Positions 25,526-38,051 of a stretch of 64,000 bases of DNA are shown here, piece after piece. The position numbers were made by a program, and so were the translations under genes. Location: NCBI GenBank assembly GCA_030390025.1, contig CM059432.1:117182001-117246000 (forward strand). The letters run 5' to 3'. Under the pieces are notes generated by a model. That model did not search any database. It saw nothing but the letters and a program-made list of their open reading frames with translations, and was not told where the DNA came from. Every line of letters begins with the position of its first letter. Position 1 is the stretch's first letter. Source of the stretch: Squalus acanthias (lineage: Eukaryota).

Positions 25526-26719
25526 CAAGGATAGTACAAGGACTAGGGGACACAGATTTAAGGTTTTGGGCAAGAGATACAGGGGGGATGTGAGGAAAAA
25601 CTTTTACGCAGCGAGTGGTGAGGACCTGGAACTCACTGCCGACGGAAGTGGTGGAAGAGGAGACACTCAATGGTTTCAAGGGGAGACTGGATAGGCACTT
25701 GAGGGAAATAAACTTGCAGGGCTACGGGGATAGAGCGGGGGAATGTGACTGACTGGATTGCTCTACAGAGAGCCGGCACGGACTCGATGGGCCGAATGGC
25801 CTCCTTCTGTGCCGTATGACTCTATGGGGGAAAAATTCAGTTGGTTTGCGCCTCCCATTAGTGCCTTAAGAGGGCGCTAATGGGGCGCAAAGCAACTAGC
25901 GCTCAGGCGCGGCGATGTTTGCGCCGCTCACAAAATTGACCAGACATTTTGCAGTGGCATTAAGCACTACCTCCATGATCTCCTGCGCCTGCAGATCATG
26001 ACGTCAGTCAAGCGTGTAACGCCCTGGACCGGATATTGAGTGGCGCCCCCTGCCTTACCTCCTGCCGCTAGCAACGACAGGTTGAGGGGAGCGTTTTGCA
26101 ATCGGGAACGTACTGGGGGAGCGCTATTTAAAGGCGACTGCTTCCTGCCTTTTTTTGTCGCTGACATTTTTGTACCACGCATTCTGAGTGAGAGAGAGAG
26201 ACTTCTGGAGATATTGAACGCTGTGTTGAGGAGTTTTGGGTACTGAGCAGTACTTTGCAGGTTCATTTTGATTTGCCCTTCCTTGCATCGATTTAGAAGA
26301 GACTTTGGGGGCTGCACTCTGAGCTCTTTCCCTGGGCCTCTCCATTGTTCTTTCCAGCAGATTTGATGTACAGGTCTCTCCAGGCCGAGATTCAAGGTGG
26401 CAATGAGCAGGGTTTGGATGGAGAGCAAGATCGACCCTCCCCTTTAAGAACTGGCTGGAGTCAGTGTGTCTGTGTTCCATTGCTGACGGACATCACATGA
26501 GCTTCACCAGTGCTCTGAGGTAGCACCTCGCTCCTCGGCGTTAGCGCCTTAAGAGAGGCGTGTAGCGCCTGATTTAGCACTCCAATCACCTCCAGGGGTG
26601 ATAGAAGCCAAGTTTGCAGTCAGAGGCGATAATTAGCACCAGGCACTAAACTTTGCGCCCGGCTGATAATTGCGCCCCAAACGGGGCGATACCGAATTTC
26701 TACCCCATTACTCTATGAC
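25526..26719 (+). mobile_element. Different CR1 3' fragment nested in the previous CR1; its tail is split by a MITE
   Basis: TRTRGHRFKVLGKR; tatgactc tail on both sides of the MITE. Confidence 0.8.
25827..26706. mobile_element. Non-autonomous Harbinger-type element
   Basis: ggggaaaaattc...gaatttctacccc; flanks atg/att; terminus matches the right end of 50032-52551. Confidence 0.8.
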
Positions 26720-27490
26720 ATTGCACTCGGTCCCTTCATCTAAGTCATTAATATAGATTGTAAATAGCTGAGGGCCAAGCACTAATCTTTGTGGCACCCC
26801 ACTAGTTACAGTCTGCCAATCAGAAAATGACCCGTTTATCCCTACTCTCTGCTTTCTGTCCGTTAACCAATCCTCTATCCATGCTAGTATATTACCCCCA
26901 ATCCCATGAGCCCTAATTTTGTTTAATAACCTCTTGTGTGGCACCTTATCGAATGCCTTCTGAAAATTTCAAATACACCACATCCACTGGTTCCCCCTTA
27001 TCTAATCTGCTAGTTACAACCTCAAAAAGCTCTAACAGATTCATCAAACATGATTTCCCTTTCATAAATTCGTGTTGACTCTGCCCAATCCTATTATTAT
27101 TTTCTAAGTGCCCTGTTACCACGTCCTTAATAATAGATTCTAGCATTTTCCCTACTACTGATGTCAGGCTAACTGGTCTGTAGTTCCCCGTTTTCGCTCT
27201 TCCCTCCTTTTTTAAATAGTGGGGTTACATTTGTTGCCTTCCAATCCGTGGGAACCGTTCTAGAATCAATGAAATTTTGGAAAATGACAACCAATGCATC
27301 CACTATCTCGATAGCCACCTCTTTCCAAACCCTAGGATGAAGACCATCAGGTCTAGGGGATTTATTGGCTTTCAGTCCCATTAAGTTCTCCAGTACTATT
27401 TTTTTTACTAACACTAATTTCTTTCAGTTCCTCATTCCCGCTAGACCCTTGGTTCTCCATTATTTCTGGGAAGTTTTTTTCGTCTTCTTC

Positions 27491-28465
27491 CAGATTTGGA
27501 TGAGGGGACCAAATGTAATATATCCAAGTTTGATGATGATACAAAGCTAGGTGGGAATGTAAGTTGTGAGGAGGATGCAAAGAGGCTTCAAGGGGATATA
27601 GACAAGCTAAGTGAGTGGGCAAGAACATGGCAAATCGAATAAAATGTGGAGAAATGTGAAGTTATCCACTTTGGTCGGAAAAATAGAAAACCAGAGTATT
27701 TTTCAAATGGTGAGAGATTGGGAAATGTTGGTGTTCAGAGGGACCTGGGTGTCCTTGTACACGAATCACTGAAAGTTAACGTGCAGGTACAGCAAGCCAT
27801 TAGGAAATCAAATGGTATGTTGGCCTTTATTACAAGTGGATTTGAGTATAAGAGTAAAGACGTTTTACTGCAATTATATAGGGCCCTGGTGAGACCACAC
27901 TTGGAGTATTGTGTACATTTTTGGTCACCTTACCTAAGGAAGGATATACTTGCCATAGAGGGAGTGCAACGAAGGTTCACCAGACTGATTCCTGGGATGG
28001 GGGGATTGTCCTATGAGGAGAGATTGAATAGACTAGGCCTGCATTCTCTGTAATTTAGAAGAATGAGAGGTGATCTTCTTGAAAGATACAAAATTCTTAC
28101 AGGGCTTGACAGGGTAGATGCAGGGAGGATGTTTCCCCTGGCTGGGGAGTCTAGAACCAGGGGTCACAGTCTCAGAATAAGGGGTCAGCCATTTAGGACT
28201 GAGATGAGGAGAAATTTCTTCACTCAGAGGGTGGTGAATCTTTGGAATTCTCTACCCCAGAGGGCTGTGAAGGCTTAGTTGTCGAGTATATTCAAGACAG
28301 AGATCAATAGATTTTTGGATATTAAGGGAATCAAGGGATATGGGGATAGTGCAGGAAAGTGCAGATGAGGTAGAAGATCATCCATGATCTTACTGAATGG
28401 CGGAGCAGGCTCGAGGCGCCGAATGGCCTACTCCTGCTCCTATTTCTTATGTTCATATGTTCTTA
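27491..28465 (+). mobile_element. CR1 3' fragment
   Basis: KCEVIHFGRKN...LVRPHLEYC...RGDL; ttcttatg tail. Confidence 0.95.
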
Positions 28466-29786
28466 TTATAGTCCAGGATTGGGCGGTAACTTCAGAAAAG
28501 TTTGAGATTTAGCAGCAGACTGAATCGCGCTGCATGCAAAATTAAGTCTCATCGCTGAAAGAAAGGATTGGAGTGCTAAATCAAGCGCTAATGGCCTAGC
28601 TCAATGGCGCTACACTCAAAGCGCTAACCAATATCAGGTGCAGTCTAATCGCAAGTCATCATTGCCATAGGCTCATTCCAGTTTTTAAAGGGGAAGTTCG
28701 TTGATGCTGCAGAACCTCATTATCAGCATTGCTGGGTTTGAACCTGTATCAGCAAACAGGAGCAGGTCAAGCCCAAGGAGCCGGATGACTCAAGCAGGTG
28801 TCATGATTGCAGTTCCACGGCCCCGGGAGAGAGCCCTCAGATTTTCGGACCAAGCATTGGAGGAGTTGGTGTCCGCTGTGGAGAGATGCCCGGCAAGTGG
28901 CAGGTGGCCCCCGCCGCAAGTCTTACGTGCCATGTGGAGGGAGGCTGCCCAGCATGCCTCAGGCAAGACTGTGGTCCCCAGGACCCATACACAATGCAGG
29001 AAGAAATTTAACAACCTCACTCAGGTGGTCAGGGTGAGTCAACAAGTAATACATTCCATCATCTGAAGCATAGTCTGCACACACTGGCCAAAGCACCACA
29101 CCCCAGCACTCACCCACCAACAATCTCTACCTACCACCCTACCAACACTCACACCCACATCTCACAACTTACACACAATGACAGCTATTCAACTATGGCA
29201 GGCACATCTCCCAAACACATTGCTCCACACTCACTCACTTTCCTTTCTCTTGCAGGCCAAGGTGGCTCACAACAGGAGGGAGCAGGAGCGCACAGGCGCT
29301 GGAAAATAGAGTACTGGAGATTATTGGGCACCAGGTGGTGGGCGCCGTGGCCACTGGCGACGTTGAACAATGGTATATTCATCCCTACTCCTTCTCACAT
29401 CCCACTTGCCCCTCACCCCACAAGCCTTTTGCATTTTCCAACTAATCATGCTGTATGCATGCATTTCTCCCTTCCTGCCCCCCTCCCCTCATCTTAACCC
29501 ATCCCATGTGCCGTTATGCTTTCAGATAATGAGCAAGCACCTGAGCAGCCTGTCCCTGAGGGCACCGTAGAGAGCGAGGCGGGAGAAGAGGAGGAGGAAG
29601 AACACATCGCATCACTGCATGTCTCACGCGCAGGCATCAGCTTAGATATTGGCACTACACGTTCTTTAGAGGCTAGTATAGTAGTGGGATCTGCACAGGG
29701 TGATGCACCGGGAACAAGCGGGCTGCAGCAAGGCCAGGGAGTCAGCTCCCCGGAGGGCGAGTTTGCGCATGAGATCTGCTGCACAG

Positions 29787-31399
29787 TGTAGAGTTTCGCA
29801 ATTATCGCGATTCAAAATAACATGAGAGAAGCAGATTCGATTGATCAGTTTTATTAAACAAAATGCTGTCCTGATAATAAAGGACACAGAAGCCTGTAAA
29901 ATGGCCGCCGCGCATCGTGGCAGAAGCTTCCAGAAACACAGTGGGCAGACAAGATGGCGTCGAATATACATTCAGTATAAGATTGGATCATACTCGGTAC
30001 ACATTGATAAAGACAGGATGCAACCCGTTTGCATTGTGAACAATAGCAATGATATAAGTGCTGGAATCGTTTTCCTATGCACAGTAAGGATCATTGAACT
30101 GGGCAATCGAAGGCCCATCCAGACACATCAATACACAAATACCCCCCCGGCTCAACAATGAGAGAGACATTGGCGGGTGATTAAGCCAGCATTCGGGGGG
30201 CCCCAAAACCAGTCGAGGAGACGATTCATGCACATCCTGGCTGGTTCAACAATGGGGAAGACATTAACGGATAGTTGGCCAGTTTCAGGTGCTACCGAAA
30301 CCCGTTAAGAAGATAATCGCCCCATGCTGGGAGTTTTGAGTGCCAATATCACACAAAGGATAAACATTAAGATTTGAGCGGGAGATAAAGCGGACACATC
30401 AGTATAACTATAGAGAACAAATGTCCATCGGTCTCTTGCCTCTTCCTGAACTCGCTTGACTTGTGGGCTCTTGTTTTTCTCTCTGGACTTTGTTGACTCT
30501 TGACTCTTAGCTGTACTGGTCGGTTATTCGAGTGTTGGGTGGAGCTCAATCGGAACGAGACGCCCCGACAAGGGCAAGTAACAGGGTACACCATCCCAAG
30601 TGTCGGTAAACGGTGTCTGGACCCGGAGGCCCGAGAAGACGAGAAGAGAAGAAGACGAGAAGAAATTCCACGTGCCGCCACGGTCAGTAAACCCCGACCG
30701 CGCCCGAAAATATAACTACAGAACTTTCCTTTGAGTTTTACCGACTCCTACATGTACCGTAACACAGGAAGACTCTTCTTTGAATTTTAAGACGGTTTGA
30801 GTCCACCGATTGCTTCATGACAACAGGGATTCTGGCCTGCTTTTCGCAGCAGCGAAAGTAAACAAGTGGGGTGCAGAAACCCTTCCAAACACGTGACAGT
30901 CAGGCGCTGCAGCGAAACGAGCTGAGTGCCTCACTTTAAAATCTCCGAAGTAAGCCGAATGGTGAGCATGTTTTCCGATCCTACAAATCCAGACGTAGTT
31001 TAGGTATTGTTAAGGGAGGGTGGTTTTTAATAAGGTTAAGGTATAATGTGTTCCCCTTTTTACGATGTGCCGTGTGTTCTCCATTTCCATAGACCAAGCT
31101 TTATGAATGTGTGTATACTTGTACTCTCTTTGATTTGCGCCTATGACATGTATTTCATGATTTTAGACGCCATGCAATAAAGATTTTCATTTTCTGCTAT
31201 TCAACCGGGTCTATTTGAGTTTTCTCTGCATTACTGCTCCTTGCATCTAAGTCCAGGTGTCAGAACCGTAAGGGCGAGTGGGTCGAACCACTCACAGGTG
31301 CTTATTGCAAAAAGGCTGGCTGGAGACCAGAGCAAGCAATAGTATAGGCAACGAAGGCCTAACCTCGCACCAGCACCGTCTGAGACACGCCCCCTTACA
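29787..31399 (+). mobile_element. 1.61-kb solo LTR (ERV-like)
   Basis: TGTAGA...CTTACA; perfect 4-bp TSD ACAG; TATA-like tataac ~30404; AATAAA ~31176; homologous to 43785-45465. Confidence 0.9.
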
Positions 31400-31813
31400 A
31401 CAGGACTCAGATGAGGATCTCGATGGGGAGGCCTTTAGAAGAAGGGTGATGGGCATGCACACGGAGATGATAGGTGCAATGGCAAGGGTTCCAAGAGCCT
31501 GTCGGCAATGGTGAGGAGCATGGTGGAGTCCGCCTCCAACATTGCACAGAGCTCTGCGCACACCATGGAGCACATCATTTCTAGTCTGCAAAGGATGGTA
31601 GACTCCCAGAGAGACTGTGGCGACCCAGACCTGATGCCGTGTGTGATGGGCAATCTGGCAGCTTCCATTGCAGCACAGGCGGAAGCGACACAACGTCTTA
31701 GTGCTGTAATACAGTCTATGGTTGGTGCCATTCAATCTCAGACTGCTCTCATGCAGTCTCAGCTTGATGCCACGCAAGCTCAGACGGCTGCCATTGTGGC
31801 TGGGTCTACCAAC

Positions 31814-32132
31814 ATCACAGAATCACAGAATCCCCACAGTGCAGATAGAGGCCATTTCGGCCCATCGAGCCTGTACCAACACATATCCCACCCTATCCCC
31901 GTAACCCCACGTATTTAATCCCCCAAACACTAAGGGTTAATTTATTATAGCCAAATCAACCTAACCCGCACATCTTTGGACTGTGGGAGGAAACCGGAGC
32001 ACCCGGAGGAAATCCACGCAGACACGGGGAGAATGTGCAAACTCCACACAGACAGTCACCCGTGGCCGGATTCAAACCCGGGTCCCTGGCGCTGTGAGGC
32101 AACAGTGCTAACCACTATGCCACCATGTTGCC
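31814..32132 (-). mobile_element. tRNA-derived SINE (HE1/V-SINE-like) with CR1-type tail
   Basis: Minus-strand head tggcatagtggttagcactg...gggtttgaatcc; conserved core; gattctgt tail. Confidence 0.9.
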
Positions 32133-32829
32133 CTTAGTGCTGTAATGCAGTCTATGGTTGGTGCCATTCAATCTCAGACTGCTCTCATGCAGTCTCAGCT
32201 CGACCGGGGCTTTCACAGTGTCGTAGCAGGCGAGCAATCTCTGTAGCAACAGATTGCTAGGGATGCTGAGGTGCTATCCCGGGGGAGTGGCAGTGGGTCA
32301 GCGGAGCAGGAACCTGCTCCCACTGCTGCCACTCCGCCATTGCCCTTGTCGCTGCCTGTCATCCAGCCAGCCCAGACTGCTGCCGTCCATGCTGAGGTGG
32401 TGCAGTCTACAGCCGGGCCTTCTAGGCCCAGAACTGGTCGTGGGCATGCTGCAAGGCCATCTGAAGTCTCCCGCACGGACACTCAGCAGCCTTCCACCAG
32501 CCGTGCTGCAGCCACTGGGCCAACACTTCGTAGGAGTACTAGAGTAGGCAAAGGTACAGTAACGAGAGGCACTGAGGGATTGCACAAGGGTGAATAGTAA
32601 ATATTGTTGTTGTAAAGATGGGTTCACTGATTATTGATAAATTTATTAATTCACTTCGGATAATTTTGTACTGTCTCTCATTTCAGCTGTGCGCTGTGAT
32701 ATAGCTGTGACAGGGATGGAATGATGGGGATGTGGTGAGCAACGGGGATCTGGGGTTGAATTTACTGGAACTGCAGTCCAGAAGGCCGATTGAATGGCTG
32801 CCTCCCCCCTCGCTCCTGTGCCTCCTCCC

Positions 32830-33946
32830 TCACTCCTGTTCCTCCTCCTCCTCCTTCTCCTCATCGTCTGCCTCATCCTCCTCATCGTCCTCCTCCTCCT
32901 CCTCTCCCTCTTCCTCCTCCTGAGGTGGTCCCCCAATCCCTGCTAGCAAGGGCTGGGCCCTCATGATGGCCAGATTGTGGAGCATGCAGCAGACCACCGT
33001 GAAATGGGACACCCACTCCGGCGAGTACTGGAGGGCTCGTCCCGAGCGGTCAAGGTAGCAGAACCGTTGCTTGAGCAACCCGATGGTCTGCTCAATGATG
33101 TTCCTGGTGGCAGCATGGCTCTCATGATGTGAGTGCTGAGCAGGAGTATTGCGGTTGCAGAGGGGAGTCATGAGCCAGGTGGAGAGCTGATACCCCTTGT
33201 CTCCAACCAGCCAGCTGCGAGCTTGATGTGGTGGCTGGAAGACTGATAGAACACCGGTCTGGCACAGGATGAAGGCATCGTGGCTGCTGCCGCCAGGATA
33301 ACAAGCATTCACATTGAGGATTTGCTGTGCGTCATCGCACACCAACTGCACATTAAGTGAGGTGTAGCCTTTGCGGTTATGGAAGTTCTCAGGATTGTTA
33401 TGCGGTGCCCATAAAGCCACGTGGCTGCAGTCAATAGTGCGCTGCACCATGGGGAAGCCCGCTATCCTGGCAAAGCCACATGCACGCTCGACCTGCTTCT
33501 CTCTGGTGATGGGGAAGGAAATGTAGTCCCTTCTCCTACTGTAGAGAGCCTCTGTGACCTCCTGGATGCAGCGATGGACGGCAAACTGCGAGATGTTCGC
33601 TATATCTCCTGTTGCAGACTGGAAGAATCTGCTGGCGAAGAAATTGAGGGTGACGCTGACCTTGACTGCCACTGAGAAAGCCGTCCTCGTCCTGATCAGC
33701 AGCTGGAGTTCTGGTTGCAGGAGGTGGCAGATTTTGTGACCACCTCCTTGCTGAAGCGGAGCCTTTTAATACACTGCTCCTCGCTTAATTGGAGGTAGGA
33801 GAATTGCTGTCAAAAGACTCTCTCCTGTTGAGAGCCCTGATGGCCCTCCTCCTCCCTCTGGCCACATGTTCCAATCTTTCTCACTGCCTCCGCTCCCTCC
33901 GTCTTAGATCCTGGAGGGTGAGGTTGACTGCCAGTACAGCCCCCAT
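32830..33946 (-). pseudogene. HARBI1-type DDE transposase; 280-aa open C-terminal part, frameshifted N-terminus, acidic tail
   Basis: IDCSH, NRKGYTSLNVQLVCD, YPGGSSHDA, GDKGY and IIEQTIGLLKQRF motifs. Confidence 0.92.
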
Positions 33947-33990
33947 TATTGTAAGGAAGTGCTGCATTTTGATATTTTGTGAGAATAAAT

Positions 33991-34731
33991 GGCCCGTATT
34001 TTCCAATCGCAGGCCTCCCGCGGGCGGAGGACTGCGATCTGGAAAGATCTGCGCCCTTACCTGAGGGCTCCCGGGGCGCACACACTTCCGCTCCTGGGCC
34101 TCTCCAAACTCCAAGTGCGCAGGGCCCACGTATCCCAGAGGTGCATGTAGTTCGCAGTGTCCCGGGATCACGTGGGCCATGGGGAGCCAATCACAGAAGG
34201 GAATCTCCCTTCATACATTTGACAGGAAGACCTGTCAAATATATAAATGGAGATCAATGAAAAAACATAGTAAAACTTCAAATAATTTAAAAAAAGAATC
34301 ACATTTTTAAAATGACTTGAAATTACAATAAATTAAGTATTTTAAACAAAAATTTAATTTTTTGAAAAAATATTTAAAGTTTTTTACGGGGCTAAAAATA
34401 AACTTACCTTTTTTTAAAAGTATTTTTAAATGATAAATCAGTGGAAATTTTTTTTTTTCTTTTTTTTACTTTTTTCAACTCTTATCCTGGTTTTACCAGG
34501 CGTAAGAATTGTAAGGGTTTTCTGCGGGCGGAGGGTCTCCAAAAAGCGAACTATCCGCCCGCAGAGGCCCTTCTCCAGGGCAGCCGGAGGATCTGTCAAG
34601 AGCATTCTTGACAGATCGGAAATGCCGGTTTTCAGCGCATGCGCTGTGCATGCCTGAAACCAGCATTTCCGATGTCCCTACGGGTGAGTACACAGTGCGT
34701 ACCCACCCGTAGGGATTGGAATATCTGGGCC
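33991..34731. mobile_element. MITE nested upstream of the transposase
   Basis: TIRs ggcccgtattttccaatc / gattggaatatctgggcc; TSD AAT; empty site aataaatgta in the sister copy at ~51085. Confidence 0.85.
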
Positions 34732-36112
34732 AATGTAACTAACTTTTAGAAACCGCAACACCTCAGAGACTAAACAACCTTTGAATGACTGAATTCAACT
34801 CTTGAACTATCTCAAACTGACAAGGAAGCACTGAAACAGCACTAAGCTGACAGCTGCGACTCATTACTACTGATCCCTTTATCATTTAAATATCGCCCCT
34901 GGAGTCGACATCTGCCTGCTTGATGCCTCCTCTCCCTGTCGTTGTCGGGACGAGGCGCTAAGGCAGGGGGTGATACTCAATTTGGCAGATCGGGTGCCGA
35001 GTGAGCGTTGCACGCTTGCTGATGTCATGATCTGCCTGGCGCTGAAGTCCCCGGTGCTAACTCGTACCAGCTGCACTACGTGGGGAGGGGGCCGAATTTG
35101 GCGTGCAGCGCTGGATTCACCTCGCCGCAGCGCTACTGCCTCAGCGTCCCGTTAGTGCCCCACCAGGCGTTAACTGGAGGTGCTAAGATACTGAATTTCT
35201 CCCCCAAAATGTTTTTGTCCACTTATTTTGACATTTGTTCTCATTCCTGTAAATGTCATCTACGTGCAATGTTTTCTCTACCAGAATGAGTGTGTTACCT
35301 GCATATGTCCAAACCTACAGCTAGAGCTATGCATAATTATCATAATGGACTGACCGTGGAAAATTAGGTGCAAATAGCACACTTCAAGTGAGCTTTGCAA
35401 CCATTTTTAACCTTCTGGAAGTAAACTGCACCCTTATTGAAAAATCTAACCTTGGGTGTCTGAACTGGAAAATTTTTTTAAACTGCAGTATTAACATTTT
35501 TCAGCTTGATAAGCACATTGAATAAAACATATCGTATTGCCTGTCTGACTTCAGACAATTATTTTCTTACCAAAGTGGCTAAGAATGTCAGTTAACTTTT
35601 TTATAAAAAGGAGCTTGCCACATATCTGGTAATGAAATACACTGAAGGTTATAAGGATAAAGTTAGATTCAGGTGATCAAATACTGTATTGAACACTATT
35701 ATGGCTTCAGTCCTACTGGGAGTGCAAGAATGTCATCCGCGAAATGCAACTAGAGGTTGACTAATGTGTATACAATGTCAGATCGATATCTTAGAGTTTA
35801 TTGCTTGACTGCCTTTGAGGTTTAGGGAGATAGCTTACAATTTTTTGGGAGGCTTTTCCTGCAGTTAAACTCTTCCCTCAGGAGATTAAAGTAAATTAGG
35901 GTGTCAATGGCAATGCAAAATATATGATCCGCTGGAAGTTGTAGCTTCAATAGGCAGTAAACTGAACCCTTATTGAAAAATCTAACCTCTTCAATGCTTT
36001 CTCATATTCTGCTTTAAATGTCTGATAATCTCACTGCTCAGGCAATAAGATTCTATTTTGAAATGGACTAAATTAGCTTTTTATTTACCGTTAATTGCAA
36101 ATTAAGCATCAA

Positions 36113-36552
36113 CCTCAGGAAATTATCCCCTCAAAAAGAAGCGATGCGCGAACAACCACCGCCCGTTCGTTCCGATGCAGGCAGCACGCAAACTTCATGC
36201 TGCCTGGTAATTTACATGATTGCAGCATGCAGCCCAGCGCTAATGGCGCTGCTGAGTGGCTGCACACGCAGCAGGGGGCCTCAGTTCGTGCGAAGCTAGC
36301 ACCACATAAAGCTAGCCTGCACTTCTTAAAGGGGAGTTTCAGTTTGACGCGAGCAGGTGCTGGAAGTCATTCCAGAAGTGAGTTTGACCTGGCAATGGCA
36401 CAACATACCAGAGAGAGGGCTCCAAGGTTCTCCGACGCGTCACGACTGGCCTTAGTGCGGAAGGTGGACAGGGGAGAGAGGTCCTGCATCTGCGGGGGGC
36501 CAGGAGGCCCTCCAGACAGACACTGCGAAGACAGTGGGAGCAGATAGCCATG
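36113..36552 (+). mobile_element. Harbinger left-end fragment with Myb/SANT N-terminus
   Basis: MAQHTRERAPRFSDASRLALVRKV resembles the protein starting at 28785. Confidence 0.75.
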
Positions 36553-37986
36553 GATACTTCTTATGTTAAGAGATAATGAATCGGGCTTGTTCGTTCAGCT
36601 TTCCGGGCATACACGTGGCCGTCGCCAAAAAGTAGGTACATTTTTTTAAAGATTAATGGCGCCACATCATCACTGAGGCCTCTGCTTACCTGCAATCTCT
36701 CGTTGTCCTCTCTTTCTCAATCATGGACTTACCTGAGAAGTAAATTGTGCGGTGAGTAAAGCGGGTGGCTGATCTGCTTGCGTCAGTTTCTTGCTGGATG
36801 GGTTAGGTTAAAAAGCTCCGCCCCCGCACACCCTGGACTTGCTTATTACTGCTTCTCATAGGGCCGGACCATTGTCGGATTTTTAGACTCCCCCAACTCC
36901 ACCACCCCCTACGCATTGTCAGTGCTGCTCAGGTACACGTATGGCATTCCCTCTGGGCACCTATTCCCATGCTTCTTCTGGGTACCATCTGGGAGCCAGT
37001 AGCGTGGGAGGTAATTGGTTTCTCATACTCTAGAGAGGCTCATGGGATTGAGGTGGCTCTCATCTTATGCCAGCTTGCTTCTTGGCAACTTGGTGCCGCC
37101 TTCCACTTTAGACTTGTGCAGTGAGGGGATGGCTGGAGGCTTGGCATGTGCTGCTGGTGTGAGACATGTCAGTACCATGCAGCTGAGGTTCCTGGATGGC
37201 TTGGTCCCCTCACCATACTCTTAACCACCATCATCATCTTCCTCCTCCTGCACTGCCTGTTGCTGTGGAAGACCTGCAGCTAAGGAGGATAGAAGTTAAG
37301 AATGGATGAACATGCCTGAGCTGGAGCTCCCTTAACCAGGGCGTATTGCGAAGGATTGGTTGAGCAAGTGTTGCTTTAAGAGGGTGAAGAGTGCGCTGGT
37401 ACCCAGGGTGCTACCTTGTGTATCTCACCGATAATTCTGGGTGACTTGGTGACACCCAGGCGTTTACTTGTCCTGCCTTCATTGCCCGCCAGGAGGGGTT
37501 AGAGATCTGAATGAGTGAAGTTGTGCATTCTTCTCTGGCTTGTTGCCAAGCCCATCTGCTCTCTGGGCACATATGGTGCTTGAGTTGTCATAATTGTGTG
37601 CAAGAGTAATAAAAATATTAATAAGCCATGCTGTGTAATTATCAGAGAGTGAAGTGCACAAGCCAAGCACTGTTACTTACCTGTTTGTCCCCCAGTCTGC
37701 TGCTAAAGAGTGCAGGCTAAACTGTGTTTTTAAAGTCTGTACAGGAAATTCCTGGTAGTTCAGCTAATTGCACTACTTTTACACCGGTCGAACACCAATG
37801 TCTGCTTCAATGGGAATGCAAATAAACAGACCCAGGAAATGAATCTGTATCTTCCTCTAGAGGCGACAGGTGGGTGCAATGGCTTTTTTTAAAGGTGCAA
37901 CAGGAGTGTAACTCATTTAGAGAAAATTCTAAATCCATATCAACACTAATTGAATGAAGGAAGAAGTTAGAAGAGTTTTCAGCTTT

Positions 37987-38050
37987 GTCAGTTGTGGCTC
38001 AGTGGTAACACCCTCACCTCTGAGCCAGAAGATTGCGGGTTCAAGTCCAG
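37987..38050 (+). mobile_element. Isolated tRNA-like SINE head (DeuSINE-like)
   Basis: gtggctcagtggtaacacc...gggttcaagtcc A/B boxes; similar to the head at ~45842. Confidence 0.7.
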
Positions 38051-38051
38051 A

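Larger units (their letters stand above)
24587..27490 (-). mobile_element. CR1 (RT domain to 3' tail), interrupted at ~25526-26719
   Basis: ...[12 protein letters not shown] (ending ~26720) continues as SKFADD (from ~25520); frameshifted. Confidence 0.9.
28785..32597 (+). pseudogene. Spliced Myb/SANT (NAIF1-like) DNA-binding protein gene of the Harbinger; exons ~28785-29033, 29256-29372 and 29526-32597 (interrupted)
   Basis: RERALRFSDQALEELV...MWREAA...RTHTQCRKKFNNL; AGG|gtgagt; ttgcag|AKVAHNRREQERTG; ttcag| acidic exon. Confidence 0.85.
28467..35205. mobile_element. Near full-length two-gene PIF/Harbinger transposon, disrupted by LTR, SINE and MITE insertions
   Basis: Convergent Myb/SANT and DDE transposase genes; right TIR gaatttctccccc; both subterminal regions homologous to 50032-52551; extreme left TIR not seen. 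Confidence 0.9.

Noticed and set aside
32830..33672. Domesticated host HARBI1 gene
   Set aside because: It lies within a transposon with a Myb partner, has a frameshifted N-terminus, and several related decayed copies occur in the window.
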